Below are positions 11,018 through 19,827 of a stretch of 64,000 nt of DNA, in pieces. The notes below the pieces were generated by a model. That model was given only the letters and a program-made list of their open reading frames with translations, was not told the origin of the DNA and ran no database searches. Within the stretch, counting starts at the first letter, position 1, and the number at the start of each line of letters is the position of its first letter. This stretch comes from an uncultured virus (IMG/VR IMGVR_UViG_3300030329_004422) (lineage: Duplodnaviria; Heunggongvirae; Uroviricota; Caudoviricetes), in the IMG/VR virus record IMGVR_UViG_3300030329_004422, one strand, 5' to 3'. Position numbers and translations under genes: made by a program.

Positions 11018-11251
11018 ATGACAGACGAATATATTAGCCTTGCCTTGAGATACTCAAGAACCAAAACGCCAAATTTCTCAAAAGCGGAAAAAAACTTTTT
11101 GCTTGCTATTGATGGACTCAAAGCTAAAGTTGCAGAACAAGAAGCTGAAATTGCAAGTCTCAAAAAAGCATCCAAACCCGCAGCTAAAAAAGCGCCCGCC
11201 AAAAAAGCACCCGCCAAAAAGAAAGCGACAAAAAAAGCCGCAGCTAAATAG
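11018..11251 (+). CDS. Coiled-coil protein with histone H1-like Lys/Ala/Pro tail
   Basis: KPAAKKAPAKKAPAKKKATKKAAAK; AGGAG RBS. Confidence 0.6.
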   Translation: MTDEYISLALRYSRTKTPNFSKAEKNFLLAIDGLKAKVAEQEAEIASLKKASKPAAKKAPAKKAPAKKKATKKAAAK

Positions 11252-11262
11252 TCTGGTGAAGG

Positions 11263-11658
11263 ATGACTAAAATGGAACCAATCACGCTGACTACAATTGC
11301 TGTTCTTGCATCATTGGGTGTCGGTTTTGGCGCTGGTTGGGGCCTAAAGCCAGATGCGGGCGCCAAAGCGATTGAGGCTCAAACTGAAGCCATTAAAGAA
11401 TTGAATGACGGTAATGAAGCGCTAGTTACTAAAGTGCAGGAAGTTGCGGTAGAAGATGCAAAACGTGAGTCTGCAATTGCAGATAAACTTACGGACATGC
11501 CACCCCCTTGTATCAAAGAAGTTGGGGGAGATCCTATGTCATTGCAATGTATGTGGGCTCTGTGCATTAGAACAGGTGAAACAGATAAGCAACGATGTGA
11601 GCCATCCAAGTTGACGGATAAGCTACTGGGGTCTTATAGTTGTATTGAACCGCAGTAG
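11263..11658 (+). CDS. Membrane-anchored coiled-coil Cys-containing protein (spanin-like?)
   Basis: N-terminal TM helix, coiled coil, several Cys; lysis context. Confidence 0.45.
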   Translation: MTKMEPITLTTIAVLASLGVGFGAGWGLKPDAGAKAIEAQTEAIKELNDGNEALVTKVQEVAVEDAKRESAIADKLTDMPPPCIKEVGGDPMSLQCMWALCIRTGETDKQRCEPSKLTDKLLGSYSCIEPQ

Positions 11659-11669
11659 TTGGAGTCATC

Positions 11670-11960
11670 ATGGACATCAAAGATTTGGCTCTACCTGGAC
11701 TGACTGTAGTTTTTGCTGCAGGTATTTCATTTGCTTCTCTTGAGTCTGCCGCTCAAGATGTTGAGGAAGTCGATCGACGTGTTCAAGTGCTCGAATCCAA
11801 ATCGGGCAAACAAGAGGTTGTTGATGTTAAGATTGAAGGCATTGAGCAACGTCTGGAAAAGATGGAAGACATTGTTCAAAAGATGCTGGACAACCAGCAA
11901 CAGCAAGCAATTAACATCGCCCAAATCTGCCAAGCAACCAACGCAAATTGTAAATCGTAA
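11670..11960 (+). CDS. Membrane-anchored coiled-coil protein
   Basis: N-terminal hydrophobic helix followed by heptads. Confidence 0.5.
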   Translation: MDIKDLALPGLTVVFAAGISFASLESAAQDVEEVDRRVQVLESKSGKQEVVDVKIEGIEQRLEKMEDIVQKMLDNQQQQAINIAQICQATNANCKS

Positions 11961-11961
11961 T

Positions 11962-12537
11962 ATGCGTCCGTTCCTTTTAGATTACGTCGAATCTCTCGGT
12001 CATACTGTGTTTGAGTCAGGTGAGTACAACCTGAACATCATCGGTATTCGAAGCCGTAACCACAAAGCCAATAGCTTTGATGACCGCATGTGCGTCGTGT
12101 TCCGCGATGAGCAAGGCTGGATTACACGAACATGGGAATGTACCACGGAACCTGGAAACTACTGGCTTGAGAACCCCACTCGTGTTGAAGGGACTGCTAT
12201 TCTTGTACCTGGGCAATATCGATCTGTTTGGAAGATTGACAAGCACCAGGGGAAGTATGACGCGCTCTGCCAGAGGAACGGTACGGTTAAAACTTACCGG
12301 GATAGCAATAAAGACGACATTATTGATCTTGACGTACAGTCTATTACTGAAGGCTATTATGGAATCAACATCCACAAAGCGGGCTCAGCGTCAACGCAAG
12401 TAGATAAGTGGTCTGCAGGTTGCCAGGTATTCAGTCACAGCAAGGACTTTGAAGAATTTATGTCCATCTGCTACGCGGCCAGGGATAAGTGGGGCAACTC
12501 TTTCACCTACACTCTGATTGACGAACCGGAGTTTTGA
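11962..12537 (+). CDS. Putative endolysin, YkuD/L,D-transpeptidase-like Cys peptidase
   Basis: GINIHKAG...WSAGCQ catalytic-type motif; start moved to ATG 11962, just after the upstream stop. Confidence 0.65.
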   Translation: MRPFLLDYVESLGHTVFESGEYNLNIIGIRSRNHKANSFDDRMCVVFRDEQGWITRTWECTTEPGNYWLENPTRVEGTAILVPGQYRSVWKIDKHQGKYDALCQRNGTVKTYRDSNKDDIIDLDVQSITEGYYGINIHKAGSASTQVDKWSAGCQVFSHSKDFEEFMSICYAARDKWGNSFTYTLIDEPEF

Positions 12538-12845
12538 TGGAGGCCCTGGTAGACACATTGCTATCAGGGGGTCACTTAGGCGTTTTCGCAGCGTTTCTGG
12601 TGTATCAGTTTATGGCTATGCAAAAACGTCTTGATAAGCTTGTAGAGGGCTTTCAAGAGCAGTTAGACGAGATTCGTAAAGAGTACGAAGATCGATCTGA
12701 AAAAATGCGTGAGCGTTATGATCGGGTCATCAAGGAATATAGGGACACCGCTGACAGTCAATCAAAGGACTTTTTGATTACTCGAACCAAAGTACACAAT
12801 GACATTGTGGCAAAGTTAGATCGTATTTTAGATCGAAACCAGTAA
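12534..12845 (+). CDS. Single-TM coiled-coil protein (BhlA/holin-like)
   Basis: GVFAAFLVYQF TM helix plus coiled coil; next to the lysin. Confidence 0.5.
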   Translation: MMEALVDTLLSGGHLGVFAAFLVYQFMAMQKRLDKLVEGFQEQLDEIRKEYEDRSEKMRERYDRVIKEYRDTADSQSKDFLITRTKVHNDIVAKLDRILDRNQ

Positions 12846-12858
12846 GGACAACACAACC

Positions 12859-13377
12859 ATGTCATCTACAGCAGAAACGCCAGCGCCAGCGCCAGCCCCA
12901 ACTTCAAGCCCCGAGCCCATCAAAAACGAAAAGTTTGATGTTGGCGCTGAGCCCCCACAGCTATCTGAAATGGTAGGTGTATCTCAAGACATCACAGCCG
13001 CAGCAGACGCCGCCAAGTCTTTGGGTGGTGACTACGCACCAATGGTCGCCCTCGCTCTTGCAGGTATGGCTGTAGCCGGTGGCTCGAAAGCGTGGAGTTT
13101 TTATCGTGATCGTGCAGAGCAAAAGCATGAACAGGAAATGCAGAAGCTAAAGATGGAGGCTCAGTCACAGGGTATGGAGGGACAGCAGCCCCCGCCTTGT
13201 AAGGTAGCAACCGCAAAAATGCAGGCTGAAATAGACGCACTCAAGTTGAAGATAGGATCTATCGAAAAGAAAACCTCGATGATATCTGCCGACTTTGATG
13301 GTGAAGATGTTGAGCGTCAAATCAAACGTATGAAAAAGCGTATTGACGAATTGTTTGAGATCAACGAACAAAAATAA
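12859..13377 (+). CDS. Hypothetical membrane/coiled-coil protein
   Basis: Central hydrophobic helix; C-terminal coiled coil. Confidence 0.5.
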   Translation: MSSTAETPAPAPAPTSSPEPIKNEKFDVGAEPPQLSEMVGVSQDITAAADAAKSLGGDYAPMVALALAGMAVAGGSKAWSFYRDRAEQKHEQEMQKLKMEAQSQGMEGQQPPPCKVATAKMQAEIDALKLKIGSIEKKTSMISADFDGEDVERQIKRMKKRIDELFEINEQK

Positions 13378-13507
13378 ACCCACCTGAGCCGTGACGCTCA
13401 GATGGGTTCAGCTTTAATCCACGGTTGAAATTGGACTTAGACCATCTAAGCCCAAAAGTGAACATCACCATTGAAGGTGGATTCAATAGTTGATAACTGG
13501 TAGCCTC

Positions 13508-13596
13508 GAAAAAGTAAACTGACCCCCCCACCCGGTAGGAACCGCCCATGCTCATGCCCCGAGAATGGGAATAGACGATGTGGGTGGGGGGGCCAG
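13508..13596 (-). terminator. Long-stem terminator-like structure after the DUF2589-like pair
   Basis: 13523-33 pairs perfectly with 13582-92 (11 bp, 15 bp with G-U on the minus strand), followed by TTTACTTTTT. Confidence 0.5.
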
Positions 13597-13604
13597 GGGG
13601 CCGT

Positions 13605-14210
13605 TTAGACTTTCTTCGCTGGTGCAACGCCTTGAGTTGGCGCAATTGCGTCATTCAGCATGTCCAGAACCTTCATAAGACCTTCTGGGGGCCCGTCGTC
13701 GCGCGCGACTACCTTCACGTCATACTTGGCGCTGTTGTCGCTCTTACGGCTGTTCTCGCTGTGGTTGGCCACTGAGCCGTGCACAGTCACTTCACAGCTA
13801 AACAGGCCAGCATTGTACTTGGCCTTGGCTGTAAGGTCAGCTTTGCTATCAGAGGTGGTCTTACTCGAAGTGGAAGACTTTACTTCCATTGTGAATCGTA
13901 CTTCAGCTTCTTTGACTGAAAGTGCAGGCGTGTTGATAATGGCGAGCAGTGGAACCTGAAGATCCACCTTTTCCATCGTCGTGTTTCCGGCAGCGTCTTG
14001 AACGGGCTTGTTGAAACCAAAGTCAACGGTACGAGCCGACAAGTTGCCTTTGCCATCATCGTTCAGACCCACATCTTTGATGAAGTCACTGGACGCCTTC
14101 GCGAGCAGGGTTTGTGCTGAACAAGCAGCTTTGAGTGGTCCACCAATGAGTTGATCCATTGGAAGGCCACCAAACTGTGATGACATCTGTACGAGGCCGG
14201 AATCTGCCAT
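13605..14210 (-). CDS. DUF2589-family protein
   Basis: GLPMDQLIGGPLKAA..AQ, VPLLAI..P.L, Ser/Thr-rich beta hairpin, PPEGL..VLD.L. Confidence 0.8.
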   Translation of the reverse strand: MADSGLVQMSSQFGGLPMDQLIGGPLKAACSAQTLLAKASSDFIKDVGLNDDGKGNLSARTVDFGFNKPVQDAAGNTTMEKVDLQVPLLAIINTPALSVKEAEVRFTMEVKSSTSSKTTSDSKADLTAKAKYNAGLFSCEVTVHGSVANHSENSRKSDNSAKYDVKVVARDDGPPEGLMKVLDMLNDAIAPTQGVAPAKKV

Positions 14211-14219
14211 GATGCTCTC

Positions 14220-14711
14220 CTATGGAAGCAGTTTGATTAGTTGATCGTCGATTCTTGCATAACCTTCTGGTGGCTCACTGCCTCTGAAAGTCAGCTTGAG
14301 TTTAGCAGTATTGCTCTCTTTTTTAAACCATGACGTATTCGCACATGGGCGAACCATCAGTTTGCCTTTTTGTTTGCTGCTTTCGAGTCCAGATATCTCC
14401 ACAGACATTTCAACTTCAAGCTTATCCACGCGCAGGCTCTGTCCAGTCGTGAGTGACTGTAAAGGTACAGGTACTTGTCGCTTGACGAGTTTTCCGTCTT
14501 CCCATGTTGGGATTTCCATGATGACCATACGAGGTGCATATATGTGTCTTCCGTCGTCATCTGTGACCGGATCTCCACTATCATCAACCTTTTGCTCCCA
14601 AAACTCCTGATTCATGATGGAGTCTAATTCGTGCCGCTCTGCGATATCCGTGGCGGCTATAACCGCTGACTGTATCGAATGGACAATGTCGTCTAAAGAA
14701 TGTTCAGGCAT
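14220..14711 (-). CDS. Second, divergent DUF2589-like protein
   Basis: VPLQSL...L.V..LEVEM and EPPEGYARI motifs parallel those of the neighbour. Confidence 0.7.
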   Translation of the reverse strand: MPEHSLDDIVHSIQSAVIAATDIAERHELDSIMNQEFWEQKVDDSGDPVTDDDGRHIYAPRMVIMEIPTWEDGKLVKRQVPVPLQSLTTGQSLRVDKLEVEMSVEISGLESSKQKGKLMVRPCANTSWFKKESNTAKLKLTFRGSEPPEGYARIDDQLIKLLP

Positions 14712-14772
14712 TATTTCACCCACAGATCAATCGGTTTCACCTGCTGTTCCATAGTATCTCCTGTAAAGTTGA

Positions 14773-14809
14773 GGCATCTATTCAACCACCCACATGCCTC
14801 CCTGCTGGG
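14773..14809. repeat. Dispersed 37-bp repeat, copy 1
   Basis: 33/37 identical to 23220-23256. Confidence 0.85.
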
Positions 14810-14888
14810 CCACAGAAAGCCATGACACTTCCCATCATTATGGAATTGCGTGGCAGAGACAAAAGTAAAGTGGGAAGTGAAAAAAAAA

Positions 14889-15005
14889 TTAACCAATGTC
14901 TAAGGGTTCACCTGGAGCACTACACTTGGGGCAACTGATCTCACCAAACCAAAGGTGGCCGCACTCAATACAGCATCGACGAAATAGCTTAATTACCTTT
15001 CCCAT
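14889..15005 (-). CDS. 38-aa zinc-ribbon peptide (not in ORF track)
   Basis: MGKVIKLFRRCCIECGHLWFGEISCPKCSAPGEPLDIG, with two CxxC motifs. Confidence 0.55.
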   Translation of the reverse strand: MGKVIKLFRRCCIECGHLWFGEISCPKCSAPGEPLDIG

Positions 15006-15201
15006 TTTTCAAACCGTAGTTGTCTTTTGCCCAACCATCGCCCTTCAGGCTGAAGTTGGTCGCACAGATTGTTCGCTTCATTTCAGTGGACGTGCCATGA
15101 TCTAAAGCACAAGCCCCACAATGGGGGCTTGGGTCTTTAAATGCTTGCAGGACTTCAACAGCGTTGTCGCACACCCCACAAACGAATCGATATAGCGGCA
15201 T
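14989..15201 (-). CDS. FmdB-family zinc-ribbon protein
   Basis: MPLYRFVCGVC...CGAC...FSLKGDGW pattern. Confidence 0.75.
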   Translation of the reverse strand: MPLYRFVCGVCDNAVEVLQAFKDPSPHCGACALDHGTSTEMKRTICATNFSLKGDGWAKDNYGLKNGKGN

Positions 15202-15209
15202 CGTTTGAA

Positions 15210-15869
15210 TCAGTCTTCAAATACAACTGGTGCCGGTTCTGCCGCAGGTGTGGGTGCTGCTGGTGGCGTACTTACGGTTTCCGTTTGTACTGTGTTTGAT
15301 CCCATAGCAACCACAAGCTGCTTGATAAGATCTTTCAACTCAGTGTCATCGGTTTTCTTGCTTGTAAGCGCTGAAACCAACTCATCTGGAATAGGACTTG
15401 TTTGTACGTTTACTGTGGTTGTTACGGGAACACCATTTCGATACAAAAGATCTTCCTGGTTTTCAAGATCAACAAACTTTACGATGAAAAAGACTCTTTC
15501 GATTTGTTCTGCATCAAAGTCGATTTTTACGTCGTAATCAATCACAGCCCATTCACCATTTGGTTGCGAATGCTTGATTGTTTTCAGCATACCCTTGATG
15601 CTGTTTCGAACAATATTAGCCCATCCTTCTGCTGTTACCTTGCCTTGTAGAGAATGAAGGTTCCAAGCTGAATCACCAAGACGGGTTCTAAAACCGCCAC
15701 ATGACTTGGCCTTTTTATTGGTGATTTTGTGTGACGTTGCGACTTCATTCAGAATGTTCAAGAGTGACGACGTTTGGTTAATGAATACTCGCTTTTGCCC
15801 TACAGTGTTCTCTTCTTTTTTTCCAAGAAAAGGGTTTCGGGCTTTTTCTGCTTCGTCAAAAAGACTCAT
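15210..15869 (-). CDS. Hypothetical protein
   Basis: 219-aa ORF with AGGAG RBS, within the operon. Confidence 0.6.
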   Translation of the reverse strand: MSLFDEAEKARNPFLGKKEENTVGQKRVFINQTSSLLNILNEVATSHKITNKKAKSCGGFRTRLGDSAWNLHSLQGKVTAEGWANIVRNSIKGMLKTIKHSQPNGEWAVIDYDVKIDFDAEQIERVFFIVKFVDLENQEDLLYRNGVPVTTTVNVQTSPIPDELVSALTSKKTDDTELKDLIKQLVVAMGSNTVQTETVSTPPAAPTPAAEPAPVVFED

Positions 15870-15884
15870 TATTACTCTCCTGAT

Positions 15885-16109
15885 CTACTTACGTGATCGG
15901 TTTTTTGATTTTGAAATAACTCTAAGGTTTTTCTTTCGATTGTCTGTGGGGTTGCCGTTTTTGTGATCAACGTCTTTGCCGTCACCCTTCTTGGCTCTAC
16001 CAACCATTTCCATAATACGTCGCGCTGCATTCCTCCCAGCGCGACGTTTTTTTTGTTCGGGCTTACTGTGATATTCACGGTACTCTTTTTTATAGTCTCT
16101 TTTCGCCAA
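15885..16109 (-). CDS. Small HNH endonuclease
   Basis: DVDHKNGNPTDNRKKNLRVIS..N motif. Confidence 0.75.
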   Translation of the reverse strand: MAKRDYKKEYREYHSKPEQKKRRAGRNAARRIMEMVGRAKKGDGKDVDHKNGNPTDNRKKNLRVISKSKNRSRK

Positions 16110-16126
16110 AACAACCTCTCTAATGA

Positions 16127-16969
16127 CTATTCGGCAGGTGAATCTTCACTTGAAGCAGTCACAACATCAGTCATTTTACTATCATCAACTAACATATCAA
16201 TCTGTTCTTCCAACAGGTTTAACGTACTATCTTGTTCAATCTGCTCAACCATGTCGACTACTTTTAGATCCTCTGTTGGAGCATCCTGTATGCCATCGTG
16301 CTCATAGGCGCTGTTAGTATACTCATCCATCGGCACAATTCCGCGAGCAAAAGCGTACCTAAGACCGGTCTTCAGGGCCATTTCAATCGGCCACTGGCCC
16401 CACGGTGATTGGTTCTTGTTTCGCTTATATGCATCTGAGTTTGCTCGACGCTTCTCAATGTCGGCCTTACGAATGACAACAAAATCTTTATTGCCATCTT
16501 TGTAGTGTGCAACCACATACACTGCTACAAGCGTATCCCATGATTGTTCAGCAGAAAGGTCGGGCACATGCTCAAGCTTATGCTCCGTGCCTTCAATGAC
16601 GTGAAACTCATCATCTTCGAATACAGCCTTTGTGCGGAGCCGTACTCCATTGCGTGCGGCCAGTTTTGCAAACCCTCGATGTGATACCTGCCATTGTAGG
16701 CTCTTACCTCTCGGCAAAAGGTACACGTCCGGCAGTGGACCTCCTGGCATAAGTCCGGTCATAGCAGACAGAGCAACAGCTTGAGCCACCGATGCGGGAT
16801 CACATGAATACAGGCGATCGTTTGTTTGTGCTGCTTGGCGGAACGCCAGGGCCACTTGTCCTGCTGCGTTTGCTCCCGACTCTGTGCCCATCATTGTCTG
16901 AAGAAAATCAGACGCTTTTGTCTCGACGATTGATCGAAACTGGTTGGCTGGATGAATTGCATTAGCCAT
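16127..16969 (-). CDS. recT: RecT-family single-strand annealing protein
   Basis: L.SCDP.S, YLLP, SHRG, SPW..W..EMALKT motifs; coupled to the exonuclease. Confidence 0.85.
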   Translation of the reverse strand: MANAIHPANQFRSIVETKASDFLQTMMGTESGANAAGQVALAFRQAAQTNDRLYSCDPASVAQAVALSAMTGLMPGGPLPDVYLLPRGKSLQWQVSHRGFAKLAARNGVRLRTKAVFEDDEFHVIEGTEHKLEHVPDLSAEQSWDTLVAVYVVAHYKDGNKDFVVIRKADIEKRRANSDAYKRNKNQSPWGQWPIEMALKTGLRYAFARGIVPMDEYTNSAYEHDGIQDAPTEDLKVVDMVEQIEQDSTLNLLEEQIDMLVDDSKMTDVVTASSEDSPAE

Positions 16970-17895
16970 TACTTCTCTCCTGTGTATTGGAACCTAAAGG
17001 TTCGTGTTGGTTCGCTCTCTTTTATGTATTGCTTCGCAATATCAGGGTGATCCTTCTCAAAGCTTGCTCTGTCAAACCGACTTCTTGGTTTTGACTCGGA
17101 CCATATTGCCACACCAGCGATGCCGTAGGATGTTCCGATCATTTCTTTGATCTGGTTTTCAAGGTGCTTTTTCTGCTTCTCCATTTCGGAATACTGTGAG
17201 CGAATGCTCTTTAGTTTCTCGGCCAACTCAATGTGCGTATCAAGTGGCTCAATAAACTCTTTGCTTTCCTGCCTAAACAGCTTTGCGAGAGACTTTGAGC
17301 ACGCATTGGACCCGTCTACTTCTGGCGGCTTTCCTTGCTCAATGTGCTTTGTATACCATTCGCGAGCAAACCCTAAGATTTTTTCTTCCAGTCGTGGATC
17401 TCTGTGAATCTTATATGATCGGTACTCATCCGATAGTGTTGCGAATGCTGCAAGGTCGCATCTTTCGTCGCCTGTAACGGCCATCTGCCAAATGCATTGT
17501 GCAGCGTAATACGGCGGAACGTTGCTGCTGTTTGAGTTACCCCAACGGTGATCAAACTTTCGAGTGGATTTTATCTCTAAAAGCCACGATAGGTCTTTGG
17601 AGGACTCGCTCTTACCCGAAACAAAGAAGTCTGGACGAGCGTGCATCCAAGGTTCTGGTCCGATGATTGGGTCGGCTTCGTATTCTGGACCCTTTTTGAT
17701 TGATACGTTGTTGATGTTTGCATAGTGAGCGCCGATGGCTGGCTCCAGTATGTGACCTCTTGCGGTGGCCGCTGTACTGGATGATTCAGTAAGACCGTGC
17801 ATTCGAGCCCATACGTCCCAAGGACTACTCCAAGGGGAAAGGCCAAGAATGGCGCCGATGCTGCTACTGCCTATTGTTGGAATCTGTGTTTTCAT
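16969..17895 (-). CDS. YqaJ/lambda-type exonuclease
   Basis: IGSS..ILGLSPW.SP, GH.LEP, ARPD, LEIKS, YYAAQ..WQM. Confidence 0.9.
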   Translation of the reverse strand: MKTQIPTIGSSSIGAILGLSPWSSPWDVWARMHGLTESSSTAATARGHILEPAIGAHYANINNVSIKKGPEYEADPIIGPEPWMHARPDFFVSGKSESSKDLSWLLEIKSTRKFDHRWGNSNSSNVPPYYAAQCIWQMAVTGDERCDLAAFATLSDEYRSYKIHRDPRLEEKILGFAREWYTKHIEQGKPPEVDGSNACSKSLAKLFRQESKEFIEPLDTHIELAEKLKSIRSQYSEMEKQKKHLENQIKEMIGTSYGIAGVAIWSESKPRSRFDRASFEKDHPDIAKQYIKESEPTRTFRFQYTGEK

Positions 17896-17919
17896 TGTTT
17901 TCCTGTTGTCTGCACACTG

Positions 17920-17958
17920 ATACTATTTGTGCTATTGAGTGATGTCAATAGCATCACT
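17920..17958 (-). promoter_or_regulatory. Sigma70-like promoter overlapped by palindromic operator
   Basis: TTGACA (17948-43), 17-bp spacer, TAGTAT (17925-20); IR TGCTATTGA/TCAATAGCA at 17930-53. Confidence 0.65.
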
Positions 17959-18012
17959 TAGATGTGGACACATTATGACCAAAACGGACATATTTTGACC
18001 GGAGAATATAGA

Positions 18013-18252
18013 ATGGACATTAGGACTTTTCGCGAAAGCCATCCCGAAAGAAGCACTCGATTTGCGTTTTGCCACTGGATCAATGAAAAACTTGAACCAC
18101 GGTCACTTCATATTTCGGTCTCATACCTTCGGGATCTTGAGTCCGGTCGGTCCATTCCATCACTTGCTCTTGCGATTGCCGTCGAAGATATATCGAACAA
18201 CTCGATTCGAGTACGTGACTGGCTGGGCTTAGCTAAGAGAAAAAGAAACTAA
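18013..18252 (+). CDS. Cro/XRE-like HTH regulator
   Basis: ISVSYLRDLESGRSIPSLALA HTH; GGAG RBS before ATG 18013; divergent from the exonuclease. Confidence 0.75.
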   Translation: MDIRTFRESHPERSTRFAFCHWINEKLEPRSLHISVSYLRDLESGRSIPSLALAIAVEDISNNSIRVRDWLGLAKRKRN

Positions 18253-18458
18253 GCCTCTGCTGGCTGCGTATGCTTGGTTGCATGAATCCAGGCTGCAAAT
18301 GCCTGGGCCAGTGCAAACTCAACATTTAGAACGCTGTGGAGTTGTTCTGTGTCTTGACCTGTACAGACCAAGTCTCCATCATCATCGTAAATGTTCCAGC
18401 CGTTCTTTTCTTCTACGATAGACCAGCCAACCGGTAGCTTTTCAATGATCCTCATCAT
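18249..18458 (-). CDS. Hypothetical protein
   Basis: Start moved to just after the helicase stop. Confidence 0.45.
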   Translation of the reverse strand: MMRIIEKLPVGWSIVEEKNGWNIYDDDGDLVCTGQDTEQLHSVLNVEFALAQAFAAWIHATKHTQPAEA

Positions 18459-18459
18459 A

Positions 18460-19827
18460 TCAGCTACACCCGATTCTTGAGTAGAGACGATTTCTTTTTC
18501 GAGCCAATCCGCGCATCGATCCAATATCGTCAACACAATCAATAACGATCGGATTCTTCTTGAGCGGGTGGGGTCGCATGACCCGTCCGATCCTTTGCTG
18601 TATTCTTCCAAGAGCCTTCGTCGGAGTCGTAAGAACAACGGTGTCGAGTGACGGAAGATCAAGACCTTCATCTGCAACAGTTGTCGCACATACAACTTGG
18701 ATTTCCCGTTTATCGGCACGCTCTAATACCTCCTGCCTTTGCTTTTTAGTCATCTTGCCTACTAATGGTTCTGCTTCAATATTGTGAGAACGAAGTGTTT
18801 CAGCCATCTTAATACAGTGATCTACACGATCTGAAAGAACAAGTATTTGACGACCGTCATCACACGCTTCCAAGATCCTGTTGAGAATCATTCCGTTTCT
18901 TTCGTGATCGGTAGTCATCTTGGTAATTAGCTTTGACCAATCGACTCGCTGTGATGGTCCGATCCAGTTTGTGAAAAACCATTCAATGCGTGGTGGAAGT
19001 ACGTGACCGCTTCTCGCGAGTTGCGCATTGGTGATCTCGTACACGCTTGGCCCAAAATGCCACCAAAGAATGTTGGTCAATCCGTCTGGTCTGTCGGGTG
19101 TTGCTGTGAGCCCAAGCCGGTATCGCGCTGGCATACAGAACATGACTGAGCAGAAGGTGTGTGCTGGTACGTGGTGTGCTTCATCGACGATACAGAGTCC
19201 AAACTGCTTTCCGAATGCGTATCGTTGGTTGAACGACATTCTTTCGAGTGTTTGGAAGGTTGCGACAACAATGCGTCCAGAGTCATCTTTCTTGCCTGCG
19301 CCGTACTGTGTAGCCTTTTCGTTGAGCATGGATTCAATGCGGTTCATCCACTGTACCGCAAGGTCATTTGTGTGAACCAAAACCAAAGCCTTGGTGTCAA
19401 ACTCAGTCATGGCTGCAACACCGATGGCTGTCTTACCGGCTCCGCATGGTGCAATGATTACACCATCGCCGTCATTTTTGAGCCATGAATCCAGGGCTTC
19501 CTGTTGGTAGGCCCGCAGACTAAACTCATCATTCAAGTGAATTTTGTCGGCTGCTGGCGCCGTTCTTACGTCAACAAACGCAGCTATGCCCATGCTTGTG
19601 GCTGCTTTGCGCGGAATCGCCAAGCCACCTCCCCACGGGTGTTCGTGGGGGATTCTGTGACAAGCGTTGATGTGCTGGTCGGGAAGTGCAATGTACTTTC
19701 CTTGATTTCGTAGGCCCATCGCCATTTTGTATTCTGGATTTACCAGCTTGAATTGATTCAATATGTTTACTTCGTTTTCGTGGCCGGGTGCTAAAAACAA
19801 ACCCCCGCCCAGTGCTGCCTTCGTCAT
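18460..19827 (-). CDS. SF2 DExH helicase (XPB/ResIII-like)
   Basis: LRAYQ, APCGAGKT, DEAHH, LTATP, EGLD.P, QRIGRVMR. Confidence 0.92.
   Translation of the reverse strand: MTKAALGGGLFLAPGHENEVNILNQFKLVNPEYKMAMGLRNQGKYIALPDQHINACHRIPHEHPWGGGLAIPRKAATSMGIAAFVDVRTAPAADKIHLNDEFSLRAYQQEALDSWLKNDGDGVIIAPCGAGKTAIGVAAMTEFDTKALVLVHTNDLAVQWMNRIESMLNEKATQYGAGKKDDSGRIVVATFQTLERMSFNQRYAFGKQFGLCIVDEAHHVPAHTFCSVMFCMPARYRLGLTATPDRPDGLTNILWWHFGPSVYEITNAQLARSGHVLPPRIEWFFTNWIGPSQRVDWSKLITKMTTDHERNGMILNRILEACDDGRQILVLSDRVDHCIKMAETLRSHNIEAEPLVGKMTKKQRQEVLERADKREIQVVCATTVADEGLDLPSLDTVVLTTPTKALGRIQQRIGRVMRPHPLKKNPIVIDCVDDIGSMRGLARKRNRLYSRIGCS

Noticed and set aside
11713..11961. N-terminal extension of the lysin ORF
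   Set aside because: Overlaps the 11670-11960 gene; ATG 11962 fits better
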